Part shown: positions 27,790-43,233 of the stretch, in pieces
Numbering within the stretch: position 1 is the stretch's first letter
Layout: each line of letters begins with the position of its first letter
Assembly (NCBI GenBank): GCA_951406725.2
Contig: OX597831.1
Span: 28,706,001 to 28,770,000, forward strand
Direction of reading: 5' to 3'
From: Octopus vulgaris
Taxonomy: Eukaryota
Length of the DNA: 64,000 bases
The notes under the pieces: model-generated
What the model saw: the letters and a program-made list of their open reading frames with translations, nothing else
Told to the model about the DNA's origin: nothing
Databases searched by the model: none
Translations under genes and position numbers: made by a program

Positions 27790-28188
27790 TCTTTTCTACT
27801 CTACACACAAGGCCTAAAATTTTGGGGGAGGCGGATAGTTGATTAGATCGATACCAGTACGCAACTGGTACTTCATTTATCCACCCCGAAAGGATAAAAG
27901 GCAAAGTCGACCTCAGCGGAATTTGAACCCAGAACGTAAATACAGGCGAAATACCTATTTCTTTACTACCCACAAGGGGCTAAGCACAGAGAGGACAAAC
28001 AAGGACAGACAGACGGATTAAGTCGATTATATCGACCCCAGTGCGTAACTGGTACTTATTTAATCGACTCCGAAAGGATAAAAGGCAAAGTCGACCTCGA
28101 CGGAATTTGAACTCAAAACGTAGCGGCAGACGAAATACGGTTACGCATTTCGCCCGGCGTCCTAACGATTCAGCCAGCTCGCCGCCTT
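27790..28188 (-). mobile_element. SINE family B, dimeric form
   Basis: Reverse complement of the structure at 8200-8600 and 51293-51690. Confidence 0.9.
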
Positions 28189-28281
28189 AACATATATATA
28201 AAATAGTATTAACAGAGAAAAGAAAGCAATAAAAAAAAACAGCAAAAAGTAAAATTGCAAATGAAAATAAAAGGAAAGGTA

Positions 28282-28847
28282 TTGGGTTGTCCGGAAAGTT
28301 TGTGCCGATTTTTGAAGGAAAGAAAAAGGTCAATAAATACTTGCCATTACATTTTTAATCAACCAAATATGAACCATTTTGTTGCACAATGCGTCTCCAT
28401 CTTTTCTTTAACTTGAAAATACCCTCTTCCCAGAATTGAGGGGGTTTCATGGCAAAGAATTCATCAAGGTATCTTTTTACATCATCCAAGGAATTGAAAT
28501 TTTTACCATTATGTCTATTCTGCAGAGATCTGAATAAGTGGAAATCCGAAGGAGCAATATCTGGTGAATATGGAGGGTGGGGTAACACATCCCAGCCGAG
28601 CAGCAGCAATTTTTGTCTGGTTTCCAAAGCACCAAGTGACGAAAATGAACTTTCTTATCTTCCATTTTAAAGGGTTACAGAATTAACACAGGTTATAGGA
28701 ACATAAACCTTCTTCCACGGAAAGATAACTTAAACTGTGCTCTAAATGGAGGTGTAGTTAAATCCTATTTTATGGACTCAACCATGTTCTAAAATAAGTC
28801 GAACGGTAAGCTACTATAAATCGGCACGAACTTTCCGGACAACCCAA
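28282..28847 (-). mobile_element. Internally deleted mariner transposon
   Basis: About 30-bp TIRs ttgggttgtccggaaagtttgtgccgattt / aaatcggcacgaactttccggacaacccaa with TA target duplication on both sides. ORF 28355-28627 contains HPPYSPDIAPSDFHLFRSL, the mariner transposase C-terminus. Confidence 0.95.
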
Positions 28848-30364
28848 TACAATTAGGAATTCCTTTTCTAGTATTCTAACGTTCTCGAGTCTCATTTGTT
28901 GGTATTTATGAATCGATTCATCAATTAAATTATTGTCCGAAATACTGTACTGAGGAAGAATATATCAAATACAAAGATTTTATATTACCCCTATTTACAT
29001 ATCGGTTCTTTAGGGGGCACTTTCGTTAATGTGAGCATGAAGAGCTTAATTACGAATATTTGATTGATCTTTGGCTTTGATGTTTCACAGTGAATTACTG
29101 TTCAAAAATTACAGTAGGCATTTGTTTGCTTGTAATTTGGCACTGGCTCAAAGTCAACACCTAATGACACAAAATATATTCCCCGAAAACTATTGACGTG
29201 TTGCTAGTTTTATGGTCAGCATTCTTTATAATGTTCTAAATGTATAATTATGCTGATGAAACCGGCCGTTAAAAACGTTCAGTTATACCTATATAATCAA
29301 TAACGCTTTGATTAAGGAATTTTGACAGGCTGCGTATACAACTGATTTCTCCAAGAAGCTTCCAGTTATTGGACACACTATGACACTGATAATTATATAT
29401 CCATTTTCTGTTTTCCGAGTTCTGGTTATTAAGTTATTTATCGTTTTCTTGTTATTTAAGTTTGTTACAATACTGGTATACAGTTTGTAAATGTAGAATA
29501 GCCAATTTTAAGCGAATTCATATTTAAAGACTTTCCTGTATTTATGTTTGTGGGTGGAGAAATGGGTTCTTACAAGATGGAGCAAGATGTTGTCTATTGT
29601 GCGCTGGCATTTATCGAAAATGACGATTTGTTATTCTTGCGTATCATTATTGTACTAAATAGTTATTTTTATCCCTTTAAATGCCATATATCATTGGATA
29701 TATATATGTTACACGATATGTCTTCGTTATACGAAACCGTTGAGGTTCGTTTACTCATGTTGTTGCGTATATCCCTAACAATATGCGAGGATGGTTTGAA
29801 TTCTTGTTTATATAAACATTGTATTACTAGGCTTAATGCACGATTGGGATTTTGTTCGCTTGAATGTTATATGTTACAAATTATCTATCTTGAAGTTATC
29901 ATTTAGGTTGAATTTTTGGAACAGATTGATTACGTTCTTCAACACATCTGTCAGCTACCCGATAACATTTCTGGAGATTATTTGTACAACATCTCTATAC
30001 ATACCATCGAATTGTTACGTGAGCTTCCAACTCGCGTAAAGGCAAGCACATAAACACAGAGAGACACTGACACGCGTACGTGTATAAACAATAATTTAAA
30101 CCGTCCAAATAAATATAGTATTCTACAAAGGAAACAATGCAAGTAGTAAATAGTTTAAAAGAATGCCTGACACACAAACACAGTATTATACAAAATGGCG
30201 CTTTAAATGCACTTCGAAACGAACACGCAAATATAGCAAACAACGGACATAATAATAAGAAAAATATAGCTTAGTAATAACACAAATATAGCAAACAATA
30301 GAAATGCGTATCGTACATATAGACAATTGGGAGAAATGGGCACAGGCGTGGCTGTATGGTAAGA

Positions 30365-30930
30365 AGCTGGCAGAAACGTTAGCACGCTGGGTAAAATGCT
30401 TAGCGGGCAAATTCCGCCGAGGTCAACTTTGCCTTTCATCCTTTCAGGGGCGATTAAATAAGTACCAGTTACGCACTGGGGTCGATATAATCGATTTAAT
30501 CCGTGTGTCTGCTCTTGTTTGTCCCCTCTGTATTTAGCCCCTTGTGGGTAGTAAAGAAATAGGTACTTCGTCTGCCGCTACGTTCTGAGTTCAAATTCCG
30601 CCAAGGTCGACTTTGCCTTTCATCCTTTCGGGGTCGATTAAATAAGTACCAGTTACACACTGGGGTCGATGTAATCGACTTAATCCGTGTGTTTGTCCTT
30701 GTTTGTCCCCTCTGTGTTTAGCCCCTTGTGGGTAGTAAAGAAATAGGTATTTCATCTACCGCTACGTTCTAAGTTCAAATTCCGCTAAGGTCGACTTCGC
30801 CTTTCATCCTTTCAGGGTCGATTAAATAAGTACCAGTTATGCACTGGGGGTCGTTATAATCGACTTAATCCGTTTGTCTGTCCTTATTTGTCCCCCTGTA
30901 TGTAGCCCCTTGTGGGCAGTAAAGAAATAA
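30365..30930 (+). mobile_element. SINE family B trimer nested in the head of a family A SINE
   Basis: Three units of about 180 bp. The host head at 30340-30368 resumes at 30928; taagaagct is duplicated at 30360-30368 and 30928-30936. Confidence 0.85.
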
Positions 30931-31088
30931 GAAGCTTGATTCCCAATGACATGGTTCCGAGTTCAGTCCGACTGCATGACATCTTGGTCAAGTGTATTTT
31001 ACTATAATCTTGGGCCAACCAAAACTTTGTGAGTGGATTTAGTAGACGGAAGTTGAAAGAAGCCTGTCGCATACAAAATGTGTGTGTA

Positions 31089-31130
<42 letters not shown>

Positions 31131-31378
31131 TGTGCGTGTGTGTGCGTGCGTGTGTCCTTGTGTCTGCGTCTGTCCCTCACCACCGCTTGACAAACAGTGT
31201 TGGCAGGTTTACGTTCCCCTCACCTGGTGGTTCGGCAAAAATTATCGATTCAATAAATACGAGGTTCAACAATATAAGTACTGGGGTCGATTCATTCGAC
31301 TAAAAATTCTTCAAGACGGTGCTCCAGCATGGCTGCTGTCTAATGACTGAAACAAGTCAAAGATAAAAATAGATAAAG
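30928..31378 (+). mobile_element. SINE family A (remainder of the interrupted copy)
   Basis: Colinear with family A, with an internal (GT)n. Confidence 0.85.
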
Positions 31379-31747
31379 GTATTTTAATTTGTAGTTTTAA
31401 AGTAGCAACACAAATACATGGATTATGAAGCATTACTCGAAGAAACATTAGGGTGAAACTAACAGTAGTAATACAATTGTATTAAAGTTAGACACAAGAC
31501 CACCAGTTTAAGGGGAAAGGGTTAGTCAACTATATCAACGGCAGTACTTGACTGGTACTTTACTTTATCGACCTCGGAGGGATCACCAGCAAAAATTAAC
31601 TTCGATTTCAGTAGGATAGGATTTGGCTTCAGACACCCGGAGCAAATAACGAAAGGTATTTTGTCCGACATTTTAACGATTCTGCTTCCTATACACCACC
31701 CTGTTGTAGTAATATTATGGACAAGTATCCGAATATATACATGCAAA

Positions 31748-31792
<45 letters not shown>

Positions 31793-31795
<3 letters not shown>

Positions 31796-32230
31796 CAACA
31801 TAAGCAACAAGGATATCCAGAGGTAATGCAACACGATCGTTTCATGTGACTCCATTTAATTGAACAATGCAATCATTTCATTACATCAATTTAAAATGTA
31901 GAGCAATCTTCAGCTGCATATGTTGGTAAAACATGTTCTTTGTCTATCTCCTTATCCTCTTGAGATTTGGGGTAAAATTATACTGTGTCATAATTTAATT
32001 AAATTCTATGTCTTAGTGCAGCTGAAGATTGCTGTATATTTTAAATTGATGTAATGAAATGACTGCATTGTTCAATTAAATGGAGTCGCATGAAACGATC
32101 GTACTACATTACCTCAGGATATCCTTGTTGCTGATTTTGATTTTAATCACCTTATTTTGAAATTGTATGGATAATACCATACAAAATACTGGTACCTCAA
32201 CTTAAGTACCATATTCATCTGAATCTATCG
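31793..32230. mobile_element. (TA)n-flanked element with about 126-bp inverted arms, each carrying a hammerhead core
   Basis: 31793-31918 versus 32017-32142 inverted. On +, CTGAAGA at 32022-32028 and GAAAC-GATC-GTA at 32092-32103. Confidence 0.8.
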
Positions 32231-32279
32231 ATATATATATATATAGTTATAAATATACATATATCTTTCAATCCGTCTT

Positions 32280-32337
<58 letters not shown>

Positions 32338-32816
32338 TGTATGAATTAACATATATATTAACTGAAGAAATTACTCAAGGCGGAAAGGAAAGTCTTGTTA
32401 TTGATTAAATAACGGAGACAGCTGTTACTTTGACGAATCCTCGGGACCTGTTTTCAAACACTGGTAACAGTGCAAACTTCAAAAGCCGATATAAAAATCA
32501 TTGCAAAGACGGAAACCTAATGTCGGCTCCATACCGACATTAGAGAAAGACGGAAATGTTATTAAATACATTTAAAAAAAAAAATACAAGCAGTATTTAA
32601 TTTTATAAGTACCTGGAATGGCGACATTATTCTCTGTTAAAACTAACTGAATCATTATATATAAATTTCTCATATTTGATAAGCACTTCTCTAAATTCTG
32701 CTTTAAATTTCGATATCAAACTGTTCTATTTTGCTCTGTAACTCAACGTACGTATACGTGTGTAGGTAACACTTTAGTGTAGGGTCTACCTGGGCATTTG
32801 CCTGTTAGTATGGCGT

Positions 32817-32915
32817 CTAACCCTAACCATAACTTTAACCTTAATCCTAAATCCTAGCGCTTACCCTAACTCTAACCCTAAACGCTATCCCTAACCCTAA
32901 CCCTAACCCTAGCCC
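32817..32915 (+). repeat. Degenerate interstitial telomere-like (CCCTAA)n array
   Basis: About 16 hexamer units; a few are perfect CCCTAA and the rest are variants. Confidence 0.85.
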
Positions 32916-33079
32916 AGATCAGACCATTTCACACTGTAAACTACGGATCCTGAGGTAGCCCGGACGCAAAAGTAGCGACTGCATATATATTTCTTCCATT
33001 TTAATCTCCAACAGTGTTCTTCTTTATTTCCTTCTTTCTTCCTTTCTTTCTTCCTCTGCCTCTTCTTTCTTGTCCCACT

Positions 33080-33124
<45 letters not shown>

Positions 33125-33213
33125 ACCGCTGTTTATTTACATATATTTTTCTTATTTTTTTTAGGCTCCAACAACATCCATAAGACAACAGACACATATA
33201 GAATTTACCAGCC

Positions 33214-33296
33214 ATGGCGTATCCAAAGATATTTACCGCATTTTTTGTACTAATTTTGATTGTGCACATCAAAGGTTACACTGCTGAGATGAAAAG
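33214..33296 (+). CDS. Coding exon 1: signal peptide MAYPKIFTAFFVLILIVHIKGYTAEMK
   Basis: ATG in gccATGG context, hydrophobic core, donor AG|gtaat at 33297 in phase 2, matching the next exon. Polypyrimidine tract and ttag acceptor at 33163-33164 imply 49 nt of 5'UTR in this exon. Confidence 0.85.
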
Positions 33297-33331
33297 GTAA
33301 TCACTCTCTCATTCTCTCTCTCTCGCTCTAC

Positions 33332-33372
<41 letters not shown>

Positions 33373-33373
33373 C

Positions 33374-33672
33374 GGGCCGACAAAGCCTTGTGAGTGGATT
33401 GGTAGACGGAAACTGAAAGAAGCCCGTCGTATATATGTATATATATATATATATATTATGCATGTGTTTGTGTGTCTGTGTTTGTCCCTAGCATTGTGAC
33501 AACCGATGCTGGTGTGTTTATGTCCCCGTTACTAGCGGTTCGGCAAGAGACCGATAGAATAAGTACTGGGCTTACAAAAGAATAAGTCCCGGGGTCGAGT
33601 TGCTCGATTAAAGGCGGTGCTCCAGCATGGCCGCAGTCAAATGACTGAAACAAGTAAAAGAGATAAAAGAGT
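33374..33672 (+). mobile_element. SINE family A, 5'-truncated
   Basis: Identity to the family A body and tail. Confidence 0.9.
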
Positions 33673-33696
33673 AGAATATATATATATATATCTTCT

Positions 33697-33920
33697 TTTA
33701 TTCTCTTATTCTATAATTTTCTTCAGTCATTTGGCTGCGGCCATGCTGGAGCATCGTCTTTAGTCGAACAAATTGAGCCCAGGACTTATTCCTTCTAAGC
33801 CTAGCACTTATTCTATCGGTCTCTTTTGCCGAACCGCTAAGTTACGGGGACGTAAACGCACCAGCATCGGTTGTCAAGCGATGTTGGGGTGACAAACTCA
33901 GACGCACAAACATATACATA

Positions 33921-33995
<75 letters not shown>

Positions 33996-34163
33996 ATATA
34001 CGACGAGCTTCTTTCAGTTTCCGCCTACCATATCCACTAACAAGGCTTTGGTCGGCCTGAGGCTATAGTATAAAACACTTTCCCAAGATGCCATGCAGTG
34101 GGACTGAACCCGGAACCATGTGGTTGGTAAGCAAGCTACTTACCACACAGCCACTCCTGTGCC
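33697..34163 (-). mobile_element. SINE family A
   Basis: Full-length copy, tail-to-tail with 33374-33672. Confidence 0.9.
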
Positions 34164-34287
34164 TATCACTTTCTCTCTCTCTCTCTCTCTCTCTCTCACT
34201 CACTATCTCTTTCTCTGTCTATGTATGTATCTATCTATCTCTATCTATCTATCAGTGTCTACTTGTTTAGCTATTTATCTCTTTATC

Positions 34288-34329
<42 letters not shown>

Positions 34330-35059
34330 TGCATATATGTATATCTATACGTATATACCCCACCATATATATGCGTATGTGTGTGTGTATTAATACGCAC
34401 ATATATATTTCTTGGTTGGTATCCAGCGTAATGGAGCACCACTGGGATTGAGGAATACCTCGACTTCTTTTAAACATATCTCTCGGAGAAGGTCACTTTG
34501 ATGAAAACCCAAATATGCAGCGAATGGCATTGAACATTTTGGGGATCTTTTGCATGCGTTTTAGAACATAGTACTCTCACATTCCAGAGCCTGTGACCCA
34601 TATTAACACTGGACAGTTTGCCCTGGCTTGTCTCTGGATCATGTCAATAGGGTGGGGAAGGTCTGTGAGGCGCTTTGCAAGTCTTATTGGAACTAAATAT
34701 TTAAGTTGTGCAATCGCCGGTGAGGCAACTATCCGAATCCCAGTCGAGTAGGAGGGCGCCGTGGCGTGCATGGAAATCGACGGTGCGAGCCCGGGTGGAG
34801 CTGACTATTGGTACAATAACCTCATGCACAGACATTGCTGGCATTTTGCATGGGCACTGGTCAATGATGGGCTTCCACGGTTACGAGCAGACAGCCAGAT
34901 ACATATATACATATCATCATATCTCTCTTTCTCTCTCTTTCTCTCTCTCTTTCTCTCTCTCTCTATACATATATATATATAAGATAAAGATAGTTATGGT
35001 CGGTTTATGGGTTAGCCCGGGTTTCACCTATATAACGCGTTTTGTTTTGCATTATCTGT

Positions 35060-35530
35060 TCAGACTCTAAATGTCGGTGGCTTATAACTTCACTTCAGAG
35101 TGGAGAAAGAAAAGGCCTCGTGGCTAGTTGTTCGACACATGTACATAGAATAAGGGTTAAGGGTTAAGTGCAAGGGATTATCTTCCTTAGACAGCTATCC
35201 ATAATCGATTTGGTTGCTTTGTGGGTACCAGGGTTTCAGTACGAATCTCCTGAATAGTAAGCAGGGTCCGAAGACTTTCATCTTGGAATTTGAGATGTTT
35301 CCTGGGTCGAAAGAGTTCTTTAATAATATTGTCGCCCGTTCAGTTATGCACAGCTTGCAATCCTTGCTCCCGTTGATGTAGGGGCCCAGTTTTTTCTAGG
35401 ATCTTCAAGGACTATGTGTGGAGATTATAGGCCACCGTCCATTAGGGCCTGAAGAGAAGCTGTATAGCTAAGCGCTTTATGGACGATGTATATACATCGC
35501 TTGGTTAAGCGATGGCTATACTCAAGAATG
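35060..35530 (-). mobile_element. Degenerate Penelope-like element, endonuclease C-terminus and 3' end
   Basis: Minus strand reads ILEK/GPYINGSKDCKLCITERATILL across a frameshift, resembling the W.I...PY.NG...C.LC..EK..I tail of PLE GIY-YIG domains. Confidence 0.55.
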
Positions 35531-35541
35531 AGAAAGCAACC

Positions 35542-35588
<47 letters not shown>

Positions 35589-36220
35589 CTTTAAATATAC
35601 ATTCACGCCTGTCTATTTATATGTTTGTTTATCTTTTACTATTAATTTTTCTCTCCGTTTCTCTATTTATAAATCTGTTTGTTTCTCCGTAAGTTTATGC
35701 TTATTTATTTTACTTATTTGTTTATATGGCTGGCTTTCCTTCCAATTTCTTTTTCTTATTATTCTTTCATCCTAATTTTCTTGTATTTTTTTCACATTCT
35801 GGTTTTATTTATTTATCTTTTTTATTAAATTTTTTTTTAATTTTTTGCCGCGATTCACATCTCTTCTGTATCCTTTTTCTTCTTTTTTCTCCGTATAATT
35901 TATCTCTTCTCTTTCCTCACTTAAGCTTCGAACCTCGTTTTCAAAACGGAACTACGAGATTTCGAGATTAGGGGAGAAAACAAAACAAACACAAAAAAAT
36001 ACAGCCATTTCTTTCACACAGATTCACAAAGAGTATATAAGTGATTTCAGCAATGAAGAGATAATTATTGTAGCGAATCTAGAAAAATGGGCGCCGATGC
36101 CATACCTTTTGGGACTTGAACCGAATACCGAAAGTGTTATTTCTGTTCTACAGATCTCATCTGCCACTCCTATTTTCAATGCAACAAAGTTTCTCGTTCA
36201 AAAGAGTTCAAAATATTCGT

Positions 36221-36269
<49 letters not shown>

Positions 36270-36285
36270 TGTATATATATATATA

Positions 36286-37569
<1,284 letters not shown>

Positions 37570-37582
37570 GTATATATATATG

Positions 37583-37617
<35 letters not shown>

Positions 37618-37622
37618 GTATA

Positions 37623-37670
<48 letters not shown>

Positions 37671-37694
37671 CATGTATGTACGTCTGTAGGTATG

Positions 37695-37749
<55 letters not shown>

Positions 37750-38044
37750 ATGTGAGTGTGCATGCGCGTGTGAATATATATAACAGGAGATGAGTGAGAC
37801 ACCAGACTATCTGATGTTGTTATACATCGCTGGCCACAGTGTGCTTTTCATTATTTTGGCTTTCGAATGTTGCTAGCCCGTTTGCTAGATGAGCAGATGC
37901 ATATACATACATGCATATATACATACATATATACACACATATGTATGTGTGTGCGTGCGCGCGCGCGCGCGTGTGTATGCGTGTAACATATGTATATATA
38001 TATATATATCTATATATATATATCCATACATACATACATACATG

Positions 38045-38107
<63 letters not shown>

Positions 38108-38353
38108 GTAAGCGCAAACAAATTGATATTCCTCTCTCGTTCCATATTTCTCAACGTGTGTGAGTATGTATTTGTATATATGTATATGCAAATAAATGTT
38201 TGTGTGTTCTAGCAGATTATCTGTCTTAATGATAATGTGAGTGGAGCGTAATTAAGTTCTATTTACAGCTCTAATGAACCACATATCTTTTCATTAGTAT
38301 TTCCTCTCGACTCGGCTGCTAATGCGTTTTCTATTTAACTCTCTCGTTGACAG

Positions 38354-38418
38354 AAACCAAGTGATTTCAGAATTGATAAAAAACCACGACAGATTTGTTT
38401 CACCTGACTATGAAGAAG
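38354..38418 (+). CDS. Coding exon 2: N-terminal helix (R)NQVISELIKNHDRFVSPDYEE
   Basis: gacag acceptor and G|gtaagt donor, 65 nt, phase 2 to 1. LIKNHDRFVSP resembles the LLxxYDxRxRP motif of pLGICs. Confidence 0.85.
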
Positions 38419-38702
38419 GTAAGTACTACAATCATCTGTACACACGCACACAAGCACACACATACACACGCACGCACACACACACACACACACACACATA
38501 CACATACACACACATTCAAACGCGTGCACACGCGTGCCTACTCACACGTACATGCACTTGCTAGAACGCACACAAACACACACATGCATACATAAATACA
38601 CATATCACCGTATCATTGTATTCAACAGATTTTCGGATGTTATTATACACCGCTGATCACGATTATAGCATTGTCGCATCTTTTAGACACGATGCCATCC
38701 TA

Positions 38703-38836
<134 letters not shown>

Positions 38837-39098
38837 ATATATATATAAAACAAATATATATATTATATATTATATATATATATATGTTTAGCCATGGGCA
38901 TACATATGCAAGCATATTATGCTCATAAATTATAAGTAAAGATAAGGCCGAACATGATTTATCAAGAATTAAAAGTTAAAGAAAACAGAACATGGAGAAA
39001 TATTACTAAACAGTAATTGACTGACATTAATTATTATTTATTAATTCAATACATACATACATACATACATGTATACATGTATACATACATACACACAC

Positions 39099-39166
<68 letters not shown>

Positions 39167-39219
39167 TAGATAGATAGATATATATATATTTACATTTGCA
39201 TACATATATTTATATATGT

Positions 39220-39405
39220 GCTTTTCTTGGGCTTTTTTCCTTCTCCGGACCTTTTCTTTCTACTGTTTCTGACGTAGAGCCATGCTCGTAACATTAAAAA
39301 CTTACTTTTATCTAGCCTATACTGAACGTCAAACAAATACATTCCATGTGTACGTCCATTTGAATTTTGCTGCTTTGTTATTTGTTATTTTTAATTTTCT
39401 ATTTG
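39220..39405 (+). mobile_element. Third copy of the short hammerhead-bearing element (core mutated)
   Basis: ttt-CTGACGT-a-gagc-cat-gctc-GTAAC-ATT-aaa at 39266-39298; downstream ctgaacgtc is shared with 17497-17687. Confidence 0.5.
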
Positions 39406-39417
39406 CCTCTCTCTATA

Positions 39418-40525
39418 GCCTTGGGTATGCTCTGTGGTTTGCTGTGATGCTCTGATGGTTACTGTATTAAAAGTGTTTTGCGTAGGATGTGTGCAGTGCT
39501 CAGTAGTGCTATTTTCTGTATGTTATATATATTTGTAAGTCCTGGTGTTTTTGTTATTGTATTTGTCTGAATATTTTTTTATCATACCTAATGCATCCAC
39601 TATGATAGGAAATGTTTCTGTTTTTAGATTCCACATTCGTGTTACCTCTACTTCCAGGTCTTTGTATTTTGAAAGTTTCTCCATTTCTTTTAGATAAACA
39701 TTGTCATCTGTTGGTACTGATACAATAATTAGAAAGCAATTTTTTCTTCGTGATCTCTGACAACTATATCTGGCCTATTGGCCTTAATTTCTCTATCTGT
39801 GTGTATTGGCATATCCCAGAGTATGGTTGCTTTCTCGTTTTCTGTGACCTTTTCTGGCGTGTGCTTATACCATCTTTTTTCTGTTGTTATTCCATAGTGT
39901 TGGCATAGCTTCCAGTGTATGTAGGCCCCAACTCTGTCGTGTCTATGAATATATTCCTTCTTATCCATGACTGGGCAGCCAGAGATAATATGATTTATTG
40001 TTTCTTGTCCATCTCCACATATTCTGCAGTTACTTGTTATATTTCTTTTCATTACATGTTTTTGGTAATTTCTGGTGGGGAGGCTTTGGTCTTGTGCTGC
40101 AATTCAAAATCCCTCCGTTTCTGCTTTGAGTCCTGAGCTTCTCAACCATTGCTGGGGTTTTTCTCTATCTATTTCTTTTGCATTTAGTTTAGTACAGTAT
40201 TTGCAATGAAGGAGCTTTTCTTGCCATCGTTTTATCATGGTCCGTTGCTGTTGTAGTTTTAGTTTGGATTTCATTTGTTTTATAGCTTTTGTTGCTTCTT
40301 CTTCTTCTACTTCATATTTGTTAGGTAGTATGATTTCTTGTTTGCATTTGTCAGCTTCCTTAAATACTGAAAACAGTTTTTCGTTTTGCTCATGTTTTGT
40401 GGCTATTTGTATTAGTTTTCCTTGCTTCTGAAGTAGGCATTTTTGCAGTCCTATGATGGTTATTTTATAATAGTTTTCCAGTTGTATAAGGCTTCTTCCA
40501 CCTTCTATACGTTGTATATATAGCC
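39418..40525 (-). mobile_element. 5'-truncated R4/Dong-like non-LTR retrotransposon (zinc knuckle plus restriction-like endonuclease)
   Basis: CRICGDGQETINHIISGC (CCHC), RHD, ILWD, NRPDIVV, KYKDLE and PIIVDALG on the minus strand, with frameshifts; abuts (TTG)/(TTA)n. Confidence 0.9.
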
Positions 40526-40544
40526 TTGTTGTTGTTGTTGTTGC

Positions 40545-40617
<73 letters not shown>

Positions 40618-40683
40618 GTTATTATTAGTATTAGTATTATATTTTAAAAGGATTGACGTAATTCTTCACAAATGTAAAGAATC

Positions 40684-42168
<1,485 letters not shown>

Positions 42169-42189
42169 CATTATTATTATTATTATTAC

Positions 42190-42267
<78 letters not shown>

Positions 42268-42288
42268 CATCATCATCATCATCATAAA

Positions 42289-42500
42289 AGGAGGCGAGCT
42301 GGCAGAATCGTTAGCACGCTGGACGAAATGCTTGGCGGTATTTCACCCGTCGCTACGTTATGAGTTCAAATTACACCGCGATCAACTCTGCCTTCCATCT
42401 TTTCGGGGTCGATAAATTAATCACCAGTGAAACACTGCGTTGATGTAATCGACTAGTCCACTTCCCTAAAATTTCAGGCCTTGTATCTATAGTAGAAAGG

Positions 42501-42563
<63 letters not shown>

Positions 42564-43170
42564 AAAGGAGGCGAGCTGGCACAATCGTTAGCACGCCGGG
42601 CAAAATGCTTAGCAGCATTTCGTCTGTCTTCGTGTTCTGAGTTCAAATAGCATCGGGATCGTCTTTGCCTTTCATCCTTTCAGGATCGATAAAATAAGTA
42701 CCAGTTGAGCGCTAGGGTTGGTGTAATCGAATTATCGTCTCCCCCCAAAATTTCAGGTCTTGTGCCTATATTCTTTTATTTGTTTCGGTCGTCTGACTGC
42801 GGCCATTCTGGAGCACCGCCTTTTTAGTCAAAGAAATCTACCCCAGGACTTATTCTTTGTAAACCTGGTACTTATTCTATCGGTCTCTTTTGCCAAACCG
42901 CTAAATTACGGGGACGTAAGCACACAAATATCGGTTGTCAAGCGATGGTGGGGAGAAAACAGAGCCAAAAAGACACGCACATAAATATACACGTACGACG
43001 GCTTCTTTCAGTTTCTGTCTACTAAATCCACTCAAAAGGCTTTGGTGGGCTCGAGGCTATAGTAGAAGACATTTGACCGAGATATCACGCAGTGGGACTG
43101 AACCCCGAACGATGTGGTTGGGAAGCAAGTTTCTTACCACACAGCCACGCCTGCGCCTATAGTAGAAAGG
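42289..43170. mobile_element. Two family B SINEs (+), the second interrupted by a family A SINE (-, 42771-43158)
   Basis: Heads ggaggcgagctggca at about 42290 and 42568; gcctata is duplicated on either side of the nested family A copy. Confidence 0.8.

Positions 43171-43233
<63 letters not shown>

Noticed and set aside
29785-30110. Short inverted similarity (gatggtttgaattcttgtttata versus tataaacaataatttaaaccgtc)
   Set aside because: Only about 25 bp and AT-rich; could not be extended by eye.
30365-30930. CRISPR-like or satellite array
   Set aside because: The units are about 180-bp SINE internal repeats without unique spacers, in a eukaryotic context.
34430-34900. Possible Gypsy integrase remnant on the minus strand (LVP..L.KRL...IDMIQRQAR)
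   Set aside because: The resemblance is too weak without a search; the HHCC and DDE residues cannot be placed.
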